DNA of 64,000 bases from Acidobacteriota bacterium (GTDB lineage: Bacteria > Acidobacteriota > UBA890 > WLXD01). Positions within the stretch are counted from its first letter, which is position 1, and each line of letters opens with the position of its first letter. Below the pieces are notes generated by a model that was not told the DNA's origin, ran no database searches, and was given only the letters and a program-made list of their open reading frames with translations. The stretch is from the NCBI GenBank assembly GCA_963666055.2, contig CAXWPH010000014.1:32001-96000 (forward strand), written 5' to 3'. Positions 1 through 8,265 of this stretch are shown here, in pieces. The translations under genes were made by a program, and so were the position numbers.

Positions 1-746
1 TCGGCGCCGCCCTGCTGGCCGGGCGGCCGCCAAGCGTACCACCAGCTCTCATTCAACTTGCTGCCCTTGAAGGGCTTGATGATCAGCTCGGTGCCGACGT
101 CGTTGTAGCCGTAGCCCGTGGCGCCAGCCTCGGGCCACGGAATGTAAAAGTCGCCGTCCCCCGTGTCGTAAAGGCCGTCGGCGTTGGCGTCGAACCAGCG
201 GTCGGGGAGCGCCAAAGGTAGGAGACAATTGACCCATCCCGCCTCGGTAGCTTGGGCCGTGGCGATCGCGTTCACGTCAATCGTGTTGAAGCCGATAATC
301 CGTCCGAACACGGTCGCCACCGGGTTGGCACGCGCCGCTGTCCGATGGACAGTAGCGGTCACGGTCCACGCGGCGAGGTCCACGACCACGTCGGCCGGCT
401 CCATGCTGGCGACTTGCCCGCGTACGAGGTTCGCGGCGGCGTAGATCGAGGCGTATTCGAACACGCGGACCTCGACTCCCGGGTCGTTGCCGAAATCGAC
501 CAGGGCGCCGGCGCCAGCAAGTGCCGCGGCGTCGGCGGTACGCTGCGCCTCGCCGCGGGCCTCGTACAGCATCCCGAGGTCGATGCTCAAGGCAAGCATG
601 CCCAGGATGCCCAAGATGGCGATGGCCGAGAACGCCAGCACCGAACCTCGATCGTCCGTCCAGAAACAGGCAAGAGGCGAGCGTCTCGGGAGACGAGACT
701 GTGGGGTGCGGGGACGCGGGGCCGGTAGCTTCTGCTGCCCGTTCAT
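1..746 (-). CDS. TadG-like Flp pilus assembly protein (3' end runs off the window)
   Basis: Frame missing from the ORF track, read manually: ATG at 746 overlaps the cpaC stop (ATGA). It reads MNGQQK...DDRGSVLAFSAIAILGILGMLALSIDLGMLYEARGEAQRTADAAALAGA, the Tad/TadG N-terminal pattern, and stays open to base 1. Confidence 0.85.
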   Translation of the reverse strand, partial: MNGQQKLPAPRPRTPQSRLPRRSPLACFWTDDRGSVLAFSAIAILGILGMLALSIDLGMLYEARGEAQRTADAAALAGAGALVDFGNDPGVEVRVFEYASIYAAANLVRGQVASMEPADVVVDLAAWTVTATVHRTAARANPVATVFGRIIGFNTIDVNAIATAQATEAGWVNCLLPLALPDRWFDANADGLYDTGDGDFYIPWPEAGATGYGYNDVGTELIIKPFKGSKLNESWWYAWRPPGQQGGA

Positions 747-2374
747 CGGGAGCGTCCTCGGCTGTGAGTCTCGCCCGTCCCGTTGGGTACCGCCGCCGGT
801 CGGCCTGATCCGGTTGCCTCGGCATCCCCGTCGCCACCGGTCTCGCCACCGCCACCGGTCTCGACATCGCCACCAGTATCGCTGCCATCCGGGCGAGTCT
901 GGCCCTGGCGTTCCGGTTGCTCAGCCTCGAGCTTCCCCTCCCAGGTTTCCGGCTCGCCGGTGGGCACCGGGGGCGGAGGCCCGTCGGCCGGACGGATGAT
1001 GTGGACGGTGACGAGGACCAGCAGCTCGGAACGGTTCTGCCGCATCTCCTCCGAGCGGAAGAGTGCGCCGAGGATTGGGATGTCCCCTAAGAGGGGGATC
1101 TTGTTGACCAGCTTCGTCATGGTGTTGTCTACCAGCCCCGCGATAGCAAAGGTCTGCCCGTCGGACAGCTCGATGACTGTCTCCGCGCGGCGCGTGAGGA
1201 GCGCCGGGATGCGGAATCCGCTCACCTCGAGCCCCTGGCTGAAGTCGAGTTGCGAGACCTCGGGCGCGACGTGGATCCGGACGGAACCGCTATTCGTGAT
1301 CGTTGGGACGAAGTTCAGCCGGATGCCGAATTCCTTGAACTGAATCGTAACGGCGTTCCCAACGCCGCCGCCCTGGAGGACCGGGAAGGGAAACTCGCCG
1401 CCTGCCAAGAACGATGCCGTGCCCCCCGGTACCGCCATCAGGTTGGGCTCGGCAAGGCTCTTCAGGAGTCCCCTGGTCTGCAAGGCGCGCATGAAGCCTA
1501 CGACCTGGGAAGTCCGCTCGAAGAGAAAAAAGTTAACCGCTTCCTGCGAGGTTTCGACCAACGCGTCGGAGTTATCGTCGGGAGGGCGAAAGAACTGTCC
1601 GGACCCGACCCCCGCTGCGATGTTGTCGTCGTTGAACGCGAGAGCCTCAAGTCCAAACTCGTCCAGCGCGGTCCGGTTGACCTCGGCAAACCGGACCTTG
1701 AGCAAAATCTGCCCACGGTCGGCGACGGCGATTTGGTTCAGCACCTGGGCATCACCCGCCAGCAGGGTCGCCAGCGCGACGGCGCGCTCCTCGACACCGG
1801 GGTCGTGGACGGAACCCGAGAGGATGATGGAGTGGCCAGACGCCGTAGCCAGAATCCCCATCGCCGGCATCAGCCGGTCGATTTGCTTCTGGATAGCTGC
1901 GGCGTCGGCGGTCACATGGACTTGGTACATGGCCCTACCGCCGCCCTGATCCCATAGCAAGAGGGTCGTCTGCCCAAGAGCCTTGGCGTTGACCACTATC
2001 TCGTTGGCCGAGACGACGACGGCGTCGGCAATATTGGGATCGGCGATCGACACGCGCTGGAGCGTGCCCCTATGGTCAATGATCTCGGAGGTGCCCCGCA
2101 CGAGGACGATGGGCGGAGAGGTAGCTACGGCCTGCAACGACGTCGCGGAACGCGCCGCGCCGCTGTCTTGCTCGGCTGGCGCGGGGGCCTGCGCTGCCAC
2201 CACAGGATCCTGTTCATCAATATCGGGATCTTGCGCGGCCGTCGCGGAGTTCGCGATTAGCAGCGTAGCTCCCGCCGCCAGCAAGCCGACGGTAACCGTC
2301 CGCAGAAGGCGGCTTCGGAGACGCTCAGCGGTCGCCACTGGAGTTTCCTTCACCTTCATCTCCTGCTTCCGCAT
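743..2374 (-). CDS. cpaC: Flp pilus secretin CpaC/RcpA
   Basis: Signal peptide, N-domain (VSIADPNIADAVVVS), BON-like region and secretin motifs (LAEPNL, ASFLAGGEFP, KIPLLGDIPILGALFRS). The start may be the ATG at 2359. Confidence 0.92.
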   Translation of the reverse strand: MRKQEMKVKETPVATAERLRSRLLRTVTVGLLAAGATLLIANSATAAQDPDIDEQDPVVAAQAPAPAEQDSGAARSATSLQAVATSPPIVLVRGTSEIIDHRGTLQRVSIADPNIADAVVVSANEIVVNAKALGQTTLLLWDQGGGRAMYQVHVTADAAAIQKQIDRLMPAMGILATASGHSIILSGSVHDPGVEERAVALATLLAGDAQVLNQIAVADRGQILLKVRFAEVNRTALDEFGLEALAFNDDNIAAGVGSGQFFRPPDDNSDALVETSQEAVNFFLFERTSQVVGFMRALQTRGLLKSLAEPNLMAVPGGTASFLAGGEFPFPVLQGGGVGNAVTIQFKEFGIRLNFVPTITNSGSVRIHVAPEVSQLDFSQGLEVSGFRIPALLTRRAETVIELSDGQTFAIAGLVDNTMTKLVNKIPLLGDIPILGALFRSEEMRQNRSELLVLVTVHIIRPADGPPPPVPTGEPETWEGKLEAEQPERQGQTRPDGSDTGGDVETGGGGETGGDGDAEATGSGRPAAVPNGTGETHSRGRSR

Positions 2375-3254
2375 CCTCGCCTTCCGCTCTCTCCTGGTTT
2401 ATTTCCACGGTCGAGGTCGAACGTTCGGGCCCCCGGTATACTTCCACCTCGAAGTGAGTAGGAGCCGGGCGAGCTGCCGCTACGGGTGGTCGAGGGGGCG
2501 GTCGCGAAGCGGACCGCGACGGCCGCGGCGCGGGAGGATCGGAGATGAGTCGGCTCGCCAGCACACCGGGCGTCGCAACCAGGTCGGTGTCCAGGCTGTG
2601 GCGAAGCGCGAGACGGATGGTGCCCTTGCCGGACCCGAGGGCCAGCTTCTCGGCCTCCTCCGGTGTCACCAGCAGGGTAACCACCGGGACGGACTGGGGC
2701 TCACCCTGAGCATCCCGCTCGGTGATTTGGCCCGCCGAGGCGACCCGGATGTTCTGGAGCAGAATGCGGGTCCTGGGAACAGCTTGACCCGCCATCTGGT
2801 CGAGGGTGACGAGCACATCGACTCGCGTGCCGGGCAGGACGAAACCGGCCACGCCGACGACGTCATCCACCTTCACGCTCATGGCGCGCATCCCGTGCGG
2901 GATCAATACGGGCAGTCCGGCGCCGGCCTCGCTGCTGGCCACCTTGGAGGTCAGCAGTGGCTCGTTCAGTTTTACGTCTGCCAACAGTCCTCGGCCGACA
3001 ACCTCGGCCGGCGAGCGACTGAATCCCGTAGGGACGGCCCCGGCGGGCCACTCGATGAGCTTGACGTCCTCGGGTTCGAGCAGTGTCCCGGCGCCCATAT
3101 CGCGTGCCGCCACAACGACGTCGACGACCTCCAGGGTGGCGGTTCTCGGCTCAGTTCCGCCGCGCCCCCGCAGAACGCCGAAGGCAAGGTAGGCGGCCAG
3201 GCCTCCGGTGATGAGGGCCGCCGCAAGCATGAACCCGGCGCGTCTGTTCATCAT
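2325..3254 (-). CDS. cpaB: Flp pilus assembly protein CpaB/RcpC
   Basis: N-terminal TM helix, SAF domain (VVVAARDM), GMRAMSV..GVAGFVLPGTRVDV and VTLLVTPEEAEKL motifs. Confidence 0.93.
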   Translation of the reverse strand: MMNRRAGFMLAAALITGGLAAYLAFGVLRGRGGTEPRTATLEVVDVVVAARDMGAGTLLEPEDVKLIEWPAGAVPTGFSRSPAEVVGRGLLADVKLNEPLLTSKVASSEAGAGLPVLIPHGMRAMSVKVDDVVGVAGFVLPGTRVDVLVTLDQMAGQAVPRTRILLQNIRVASAGQITERDAQGEPQSVPVVTLLVTPEEAEKLALGSGKGTIRLALRHSLDTDLVATPGVLASRLISDPPAPRPSRSASRPPPRPPVAAARPAPTHFEVEVYRGPERSTSTVEINQERAEGEDAEAGDEGEGNSSGDR

Positions 3255-3272
3255 GAACCTGCCTTCGCGTCC

Positions 3273-3854
3273 TCAGCCTTCGATCCGCATAGCGGATGAG
3301 GTCGACAGAGTGATCGTGCCAAAATTGTCTCCGTTGCAGCCCATGCCTGCGCAGGCAAGATCAGCCAGCGGACCGAGCAAGATGAACTGGTACGGGAAGT
3401 CGATGCGCACTTCTTCCACCGCGCCCCGGATGCCGTCGCACAGCGCGCCCGCAACACCGTTGCAACTGAAGGTAACGACGGCCGGATCGAAGGCGAGGCC
3501 GCCCGAGGTCATTGTGTTCTCGATGATCCCGAGTACCGCGGGCTCGCTCGGGTCGATGATGCCGGCATCGGCCATCACCGCGCGACGCGCGCCCTCCCGG
3601 GCGGCATTCGTAATGACCTGGTAGCTTCTCCAAGCGGCGCCGAACTCGATAATGCCCCACACGAGGAGTAGCAGGCCGGGGATCACCAAGGCCATCTCCG
3701 CCAGCGCCTGACCGGACTCGTCCGCTCGCCGGAGTACCCCGCATTTCCGCGTGGGTCGCCTCGCTCCGTCGAGCGATCGACGCGCTGCGGACCGCTCGCA
3801 GGCGTTCCCGGCATTCCGCCGAAACTTCGCCAGCTTGGTGGCCGGAACTCTCAT
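3273..3854 (-). CDS. TadE/TadF-like pseudopilin
   Basis: GQALAEMALVIPGLLLLVWGIIEFG...AAREGARRA motif; start placed at the ATG at 3854. Confidence 0.88.
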   Translation of the reverse strand: MRVPATKLAKFRRNAGNACERSAARRSLDGARRPTRKCGVLRRADESGQALAEMALVIPGLLLLVWGIIEFGAAWRSYQVITNAAREGARRAVMADAGIIDPSEPAVLGIIENTMTSGGLAFDPAVVTFSCNGVAGALCDGIRGAVEEVRIDFPYQFILLGPLADLACAGMGCNGDNFGTITLSTSSAMRIEG

Positions 3855-4400
3855 GGAAGCAGATGTGGGCGAATACGGCGCCCAAGCCAATGGCCAGGGC
3901 GTACGGTACCGTGACCGCGGCGGCGGCGTCCACCGTCAATGCCTCGCCTGACGCACGGCGGCGCCAGCGCGAGAACGTCCTCGAGTTCATTCCTTCGACG
4001 ATCAGCTGCATGTTGAGCAGGGTGCGACGGATAGCTCCCTGCCGGATCACCTCGATTGCCGCCATGACGCCGCCGATGACGGCGATGGCGACGAGCGCGA
4101 GTGGCAGTTGCGCCGGTCCTAGAAACGCACCGGCGGCCACGAGCAGTTTGACGTCGCCCCCGCCGAGACCGCCGACAAGAAAATCGGCAGCGCGACGAGG
4201 AGCGAAATCAAGGCGCCGGCCGCGGCGGCGCCGAGGCCGTCCCAGCCACCGGCCGCTCCCAGCAACAGCGCGGTCGCCAATCCGCCGACCGTCAACACGT
4301 TCGGCACTCGGCGCTCGCGAATATCGAAGAACGCAGCGACTACCGCGATTAGCACGAGACCGACTGTGGTCGCAGCATCGAGGTAGATCAATAGCACCAC
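3851..4400 (-). pseudogene. cpaA: A24 prepilin peptidase CpaA/TadV with two apparent 1-nt frameshifts (pseudogene or sequence error)
   Basis: DIRERRVPN is in one frame and GGGDVKLL...VPYALAI in the next. One shift lies in the T-run at ~4180; a second near 3862 removes the TGA that would overlap the tadE ATG. Confidence 0.75.
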
Positions 4401-4463
4401 TCCCGCAAGGGTCGAGTTGACAGACCGGCGGCCGAAGTATTGCTGGAAACGAAGTCGGTGGCT

Positions 4464-4631
4464 TTAGCCCGCTAGTACTGCTGTGGCACGGTCGAACGCC
4501 GCGACGATCTGGGCCCGGAACAGAATGACGGCTGCCGAGACGACGACCGCGATAAGTGCCAGCAACAAGCCGTACTCAGCCATGTCCTGCCCAGATTCGT
4601 CAGTCCACAGTGTAGCGAAGAGATGGTACAT
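4464..4631 (-). CDS. flp: Flp/Fap type IVb pilin
   Basis: MYHLFATLWTDESG|QDMAEYGLLLALIAVVV has the Flp cleavage and EY motif; GGAGG Shine-Dalgarno upstream. Confidence 0.93.
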   Translation of the reverse strand: MYHLFATLWTDESGQDMAEYGLLLALIAVVVSAAVILFRAQIVAAFDRATAVLAG

Positions 4632-4844
4632 GTTGTCCTCCCAGCCAATCTGGCCTTGAAGTCCGAGACACCAGCCACCAGCGTGCGTCTCTAATGAAGT
4701 CCCCACCTCATAGGATCAAAAGGCTAACAGCCGGGGCGAGTTATTCTCAAGAGGCACGGCATACTCAACCGAGAAAGCTCCGAACAGTAGCGGCCAACAA
4801 CGACCAGGAGGCGACGGCCGGGGCCAACGTTGGGGGCCCTGTTG

Positions 4845-5405
4845 CAAGCGACGGCATGGTGCAGACCTACCGGCTGCGGCTGGATTACTTTGAGGGGGGG
4901 TGGAGTATCGGGTGAAGATCCCGGAGGCCGGCCGGCTCGACTTCGCCATGGGGGTCTTGCGAGAAGACGTGCCCGTGACTTTTTCGGGTCACGGCGATCC
5001 CTGATGCTGCCGGGGATGGCGAACCGACCGCGCTGTTCGAGGAGCACTATGCGGACAAGGAGGCCTGGGGCCAGCGTTCGGTGGATCTGGCCGACTTTGC
5101 GGGCCAGACGGTGACGCTCGGCCTCGAGGCCGAAGCCAAAGCCGAAGGGAGGGTCGCTTTGTGGGGAGCGCCGACCGTGACGGGCGGCGGGCAGCCGCCT
5201 CTCGCCAACGTCGTCTTCTACGTCTTCGACGGCGGTGCGGCGGACTACATGAGCGTGTACGGCTACAACCGTCGCACGACCCCAACCCTGGAGCGGCTGG
5301 CCTCGGAGGGTGTCGTGTTCGAGCGAGCCTACAGCAATTCCTCCTGGACGCTGCCCTCGACGGCCTCCTTCATGACTTCCCTACAGAACAGTGTGACGGG
5401 GGGGC
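4845..5405 (+). pseudogene. Sulfatase-like gene fragment
   Basis: NVVFYVFDGGAADYMSVYGYNRRTTPTLERLASEGVVFERAYSNSSWTLPSTASFMT is a sulfatase N-terminal core. Frameshift in the T-run at ~4980; truncated at both ends. Confidence 0.75.
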
Positions 5406-5409
5406 TTGT

Positions 5410-5724
5410 CCGTCGAGGGCGGCGGCGGCATCACCAACTCGATACCTGCCGAGTAGTTGGAACGCCGTCGGCGCCGACAACGACAACAAGGACGTGGTCG
5501 AGTTCGCGATACGGCTAGGCGGTAGCAGCGAGGGTGCCTCGGACGTCTACGACAGCGCGATGGAGGCGGCCCGTCAGTTCGTCGCTGAGCACTGGCCGGC
5601 GATCGATGCTGTTGCCGATAAACTACTCGAACGCGTCGAATTGACCGGCGAAGAGGTGCGCCGACTCGTCGCCGCCGACCCCCCAGACCGACCCCTGGGC
5701 CGACGAGTGAACTACAAAAGCTAG
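5410..5724 (+). pseudogene. C-terminal fragment resembling an FtsH/M41-like protein tail
   Basis: AMEAARQFVAEHWPAIDAVADKLLERVELTGEEVRRLV resembles the M41 C-terminal helices. No HExxH and no convincing start. Confidence 0.45.
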
Positions 5725-5798
5725 TCGGGACGGGGAGATTTGAACTCCCGACCCCCTGACCCCCAGTCAGGTGCGCCACCAAGCTGCGCCACGTCCCG
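5725..5798 (-). tRNA. tRNA-Pro(GGG)
   Basis: CGGGACGTGGCGCAGCTTGGTGGCGCACCTGACTGGGGGTCAGGGGGTCGGGAGTTCAAATCTCCCCGTCCCGA forms a cloverleaf with anticodon GGG; CCA not encoded. Confidence 0.96.
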
Positions 5799-5831
5799 AA
5801 GCGGGGTCGGCGTGGTGCTGCCCGCCCCCGA

Positions 5832-6191
5832 TCAGAGCTTGTCATTGGCCTCTAACAGGGTCAAGATCGCGTCAACCTGGCGCCGGACGTCCTCGAGCAG
5901 GGTGGCCGCATCCGGCTCCCCGGCACCAGGCAATTCCGTCCGCAGCCGCCTCCGTGCCCCGGCGATCGTGTAGCCCTCCTGGTGCAGCAGGTCGCGGATT
6001 CGGAGGATGAGCTCGATATCGTCGGGGCGATACATGCGCTGACCGCCGAGGCTCTTGCGGGGGCAGAGCTGCGGGAACTCATGCTCCCAGTACCGTAGGA
6101 CGTGGCTCTCCAGGTCGGTCAGGCTGCACACCTCGCCCATGCGATAGAAGCCCTTGCGGTATCCAGTCGCGAGCACCGCCGACTCACCCAT
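5832..6191 (-). CDS. MerR-family HTH regulator (ihfA-associated type)
   Basis: FYRMGEVCSLTDLESHVLRYWEHEF...GQRMY...LLHQEGYTIAGAR; classic ihfA-merR-tRNA-Pro order. Confidence 0.9.
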   Translation of the reverse strand: MGESAVLATGYRKGFYRMGEVCSLTDLESHVLRYWEHEFPQLCPRKSLGGQRMYRPDDIELILRIRDLLHQEGYTIAGARRRLRTELPGAGEPDAATLLEDVRRQVDAILTLLEANDKL

Positions 6192-6468
6192 TTATCGCCT
6201 CGAGCAACGCAGGTGCCGGATGGAAGGAAACGGCTCGACGGGCCGGAATGAGCATGCTCTCCCCGGTGGCCGGATTGACGTCTCGGCGTGGGGCGCGCTC
6301 GACTACCTCAAAGGCGCCAAAGTTCGTGATCATGACCCTGTCGCCACGCGCCAGGCGACGCCGCAAGACTGTGAGCACCCTGTCGACGTGTCTGACCGCG
6401 TCACCGACCGAAATCGCAGGCTGCGCGGCGTGGATGGCGTGGGCGATCTCTCGCTTCGTGAGCGTCAT
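6184..6468 (-). CDS. HU/IHF family DNA-binding protein (IHF-alpha-like)
   Basis: MTLTKREIA...VMITNFGAFEV...NPATGESMLIPARRAVSF; position upstream of the merR-like gene. Confidence 0.85.
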   Translation of the reverse strand: MTLTKREIAHAIHAAQPAISVGDAVRHVDRVLTVLRRRLARGDRVMITNFGAFEVVERAPRRDVNPATGESMLIPARRAVSFHPAPALLEAING

Positions 6469-6507
6469 GACGCCTTGGGGATGCAACTTGACCCTTGTTA
6501 CGACGGG

Positions 6508-6516
6508 ATTATAGCA
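6508..6516 (-). promoter_or_regulatory. Extended -10 promoter TGCTATAAT for ihfA-merR-tRNA-Pro
   Basis: Perfect TGnTATAAT overlapping the der stop codon, ~40 nt upstream of the ATG at 6468. Confidence 0.65.
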
Positions 6517-7870
6517 CACCTTCCACGGCCTTCCGACGGCGGTCCTTGGTGCGCCGAACCCAAACGCGTACGGGCGTTCCGCTGAAATCGAACTCGTCGC
6601 GCAAGCGGTTCTCCAGGTAACGTTTGAAGTTGTCTGGGAGCTTCCGGCGTCCCCCACTGACGAACACCACGAAGCTCGGCGGACCGACCCTGGCTTGGGT
6701 CAGATACTTCAGCTGCGGCGAGCCGGGCGGGCCCTGGGCCCCACGCTGCTCCAGGCGTTCGAACAGGGCGTTGAGGGTTGCGGTGGGAACGCGCTGCATA
6801 CGGTTCCCCTGAACGCGGTCGACGCGCGCGAACAAGCTGTCGACGGCGCGCCCGGTCTTGGCGGAGGTAAACGCCACATCGGCGAACCCGATGCGTCCCA
6901 TCCGGTTGCGCAGCTCGCGCTGCCAGACGTCTGCCTTTCCGCTTTGGCTGGTTACCAGGTCCCACTTGTTGACCACCACGATGACGGCGCAGCCCGACTC
7001 GCCCGCCTCTGCAGCAATGGAGACGTCTTGCCGAGTAAGCCCGATCGTCGCGTCGACAACCAGCAGCGCCACATCGGCGCGCTGCATCCGCCGTCGAGCT
7101 ATCGTGACGCTCACCATCTCGACGAATCCCTCGCGGCGCCCGCCGCGCCGGATTCCGGCGGTATCGATGAGCAGATAAGGGCGCTCGTCACGCACCATCA
7201 AGGTGTCGATGGCGTCACGCGTAGTGCCCGAAACCTCGCTGACTATCACCCGTTCCTGGCCCAGCATGGCGTTTACGAGAGACGACTTGCCGACGTTGGG
7301 TCGCCCGACGACGGCAACCTTGACCGTTCCCTCGGGAAACGGGTCGGGCTCGGCATCGGACGCCGGTAACCTTGCGATGATGGCGTCGAGCAGGTCCGCC
7401 ACCCCATCTCCATGCTCCGCCGCGATGGTGAACACCGGCTGCACACCCAGCTCATGGAACTCCGAGCCGCGCGCCACGGCGATCTGCTCGGTATCGCACT
7501 TGTTGACAACCAGCAACATCGGGATGCCGCGGCGGCGCAATTCCATGACGATGCGCGCCTCGACGGGCACCATGCCCTCGCGAACATCAACCAGAAAGAG
7601 CACCAACTGCGCGTCTTCTACCGCGTATAGGGCATGGTCCTGGATCTTCCGCAGCAGCTCATCGGCGGACTCCCACTCGACTCCACCGGTATCGTTGAGC
7701 AGAAAATGATGCCCGCACCACTCCGCCGCGGCAGAATGCCGGTCTCGTGTGAGGCCCACCTCGGCGCTGACGATCGCCTGCCGGCGACCCAGGATGCGGT
7801 TGAACAAGGTCGACTTGCCGACGTTCGGACGACCGACGATTACGACTTCGGGTAGGCGATCTTCGGCCAT
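6509..7870 (-). CDS. der: Ribosome biogenesis GTPase Der
   Basis: Two GRPNVGKS P-loops, DTGG/DTAG, NKCD/NKWD and a KH-like tail (YLENRLRDEFDFSGTP). Confidence 0.97.
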   Translation of the reverse strand: MAEDRLPEVVIVGRPNVGKSTLFNRILGRRQAIVSAEVGLTRDRHSAAAEWCGHHFLLNDTGGVEWESADELLRKIQDHALYAVEDAQLVLFLVDVREGMVPVEARIVMELRRRGIPMLLVVNKCDTEQIAVARGSEFHELGVQPVFTIAAEHGDGVADLLDAIIARLPASDAEPDPFPEGTVKVAVVGRPNVGKSSLVNAMLGQERVIVSEVSGTTRDAIDTLMVRDERPYLLIDTAGIRRGGRREGFVEMVSVTIARRRMQRADVALLVVDATIGLTRQDVSIAAEAGESGCAVIVVVNKWDLVTSQSGKADVWQRELRNRMGRIGFADVAFTSAKTGRAVDSLFARVDRVQGNRMQRVPTATLNALFERLEQRGAQGPPGSPQLKYLTQARVGPPSFVVFVSGGRRKLPDNFKRYLENRLRDEFDFSGTPVRVWVRRTKDRRRKAVEGVL

Positions 7871-7969
7871 CGTTGGGGGCTCGGGCACGGCGTCAGCGGC
7901 AGGTCGTAGAGACTATGCTAAGCTTCGGTTTTCTTCACTCGAAACGGCCCACTCGACCCTGAAAACTGC

Positions 7970-8248
7970 ATGATCAAGGCAGATATCGTCGAGCGCATCG
8001 CCGCCGCCACCGGCATCCCGAAGATCCAGGCGGAGCGTGCCGTCGACCGCATCCTACAAGTCGTAAAGGAGTCCCTCGCACGCGGGGAACGCATTGAGCT
8101 CCGGGGATTCGGAGTATTCGATGTCCGCCCGCGCAAGAGCGGCATCGGGCGGAACCCTCGCACCGGCGAAGAAGTCGTTATTCCGTCGGGGAAGACGGCT
8201 CGCTTCAAGCCCGGAAAACATCTGTCGAATCTCCCTGCCGACCTCTGA
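7970..8248 (+). CDS. HU family DNA-binding protein
   Basis: IELRGFGVF...GRNPRTGEEVVIP...FKPGK; TGCTAAGCT promoter-like motif at 7916-7924. Confidence 0.95.
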   Translation: MIKADIVERIAAATGIPKIQAERAVDRILQVVKESLARGERIELRGFGVFDVRPRKSGIGRNPRTGEEVVIPSGKTARFKPGKHLSNLPADL

Positions 8249-8265
8249 CCCGCGCAGAGTACTTC

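Noticed and set aside
277-888. 203-aa minus-strand ORF in the track
   Set aside because: Wrong frame; the Tad-motif protein is in the frame starting at 746 and running off the window.
1983-3299. 438-aa plus-strand ORF
   Set aside because: Antisense shadow of cpaB/cpaC, typical of high-GC DNA; no motifs.
3361-4140. 259-aa ORF as a peptidase-TadE fusion or programmed frameshift product
   Set aside because: The extension overlaps tadE out of frame and reads as nonsense; a lost stop near 3851 explains it, and no slippery heptamer with downstream structure was seen.
4640-4800. Possible c-di-GMP riboswitch or sigma54 promoter upstream of flp
   Set aside because: No GGCAAAC/GNRA/GCAAAGC pattern and no TGGCAC-N5-TTGC in the correct orientation.
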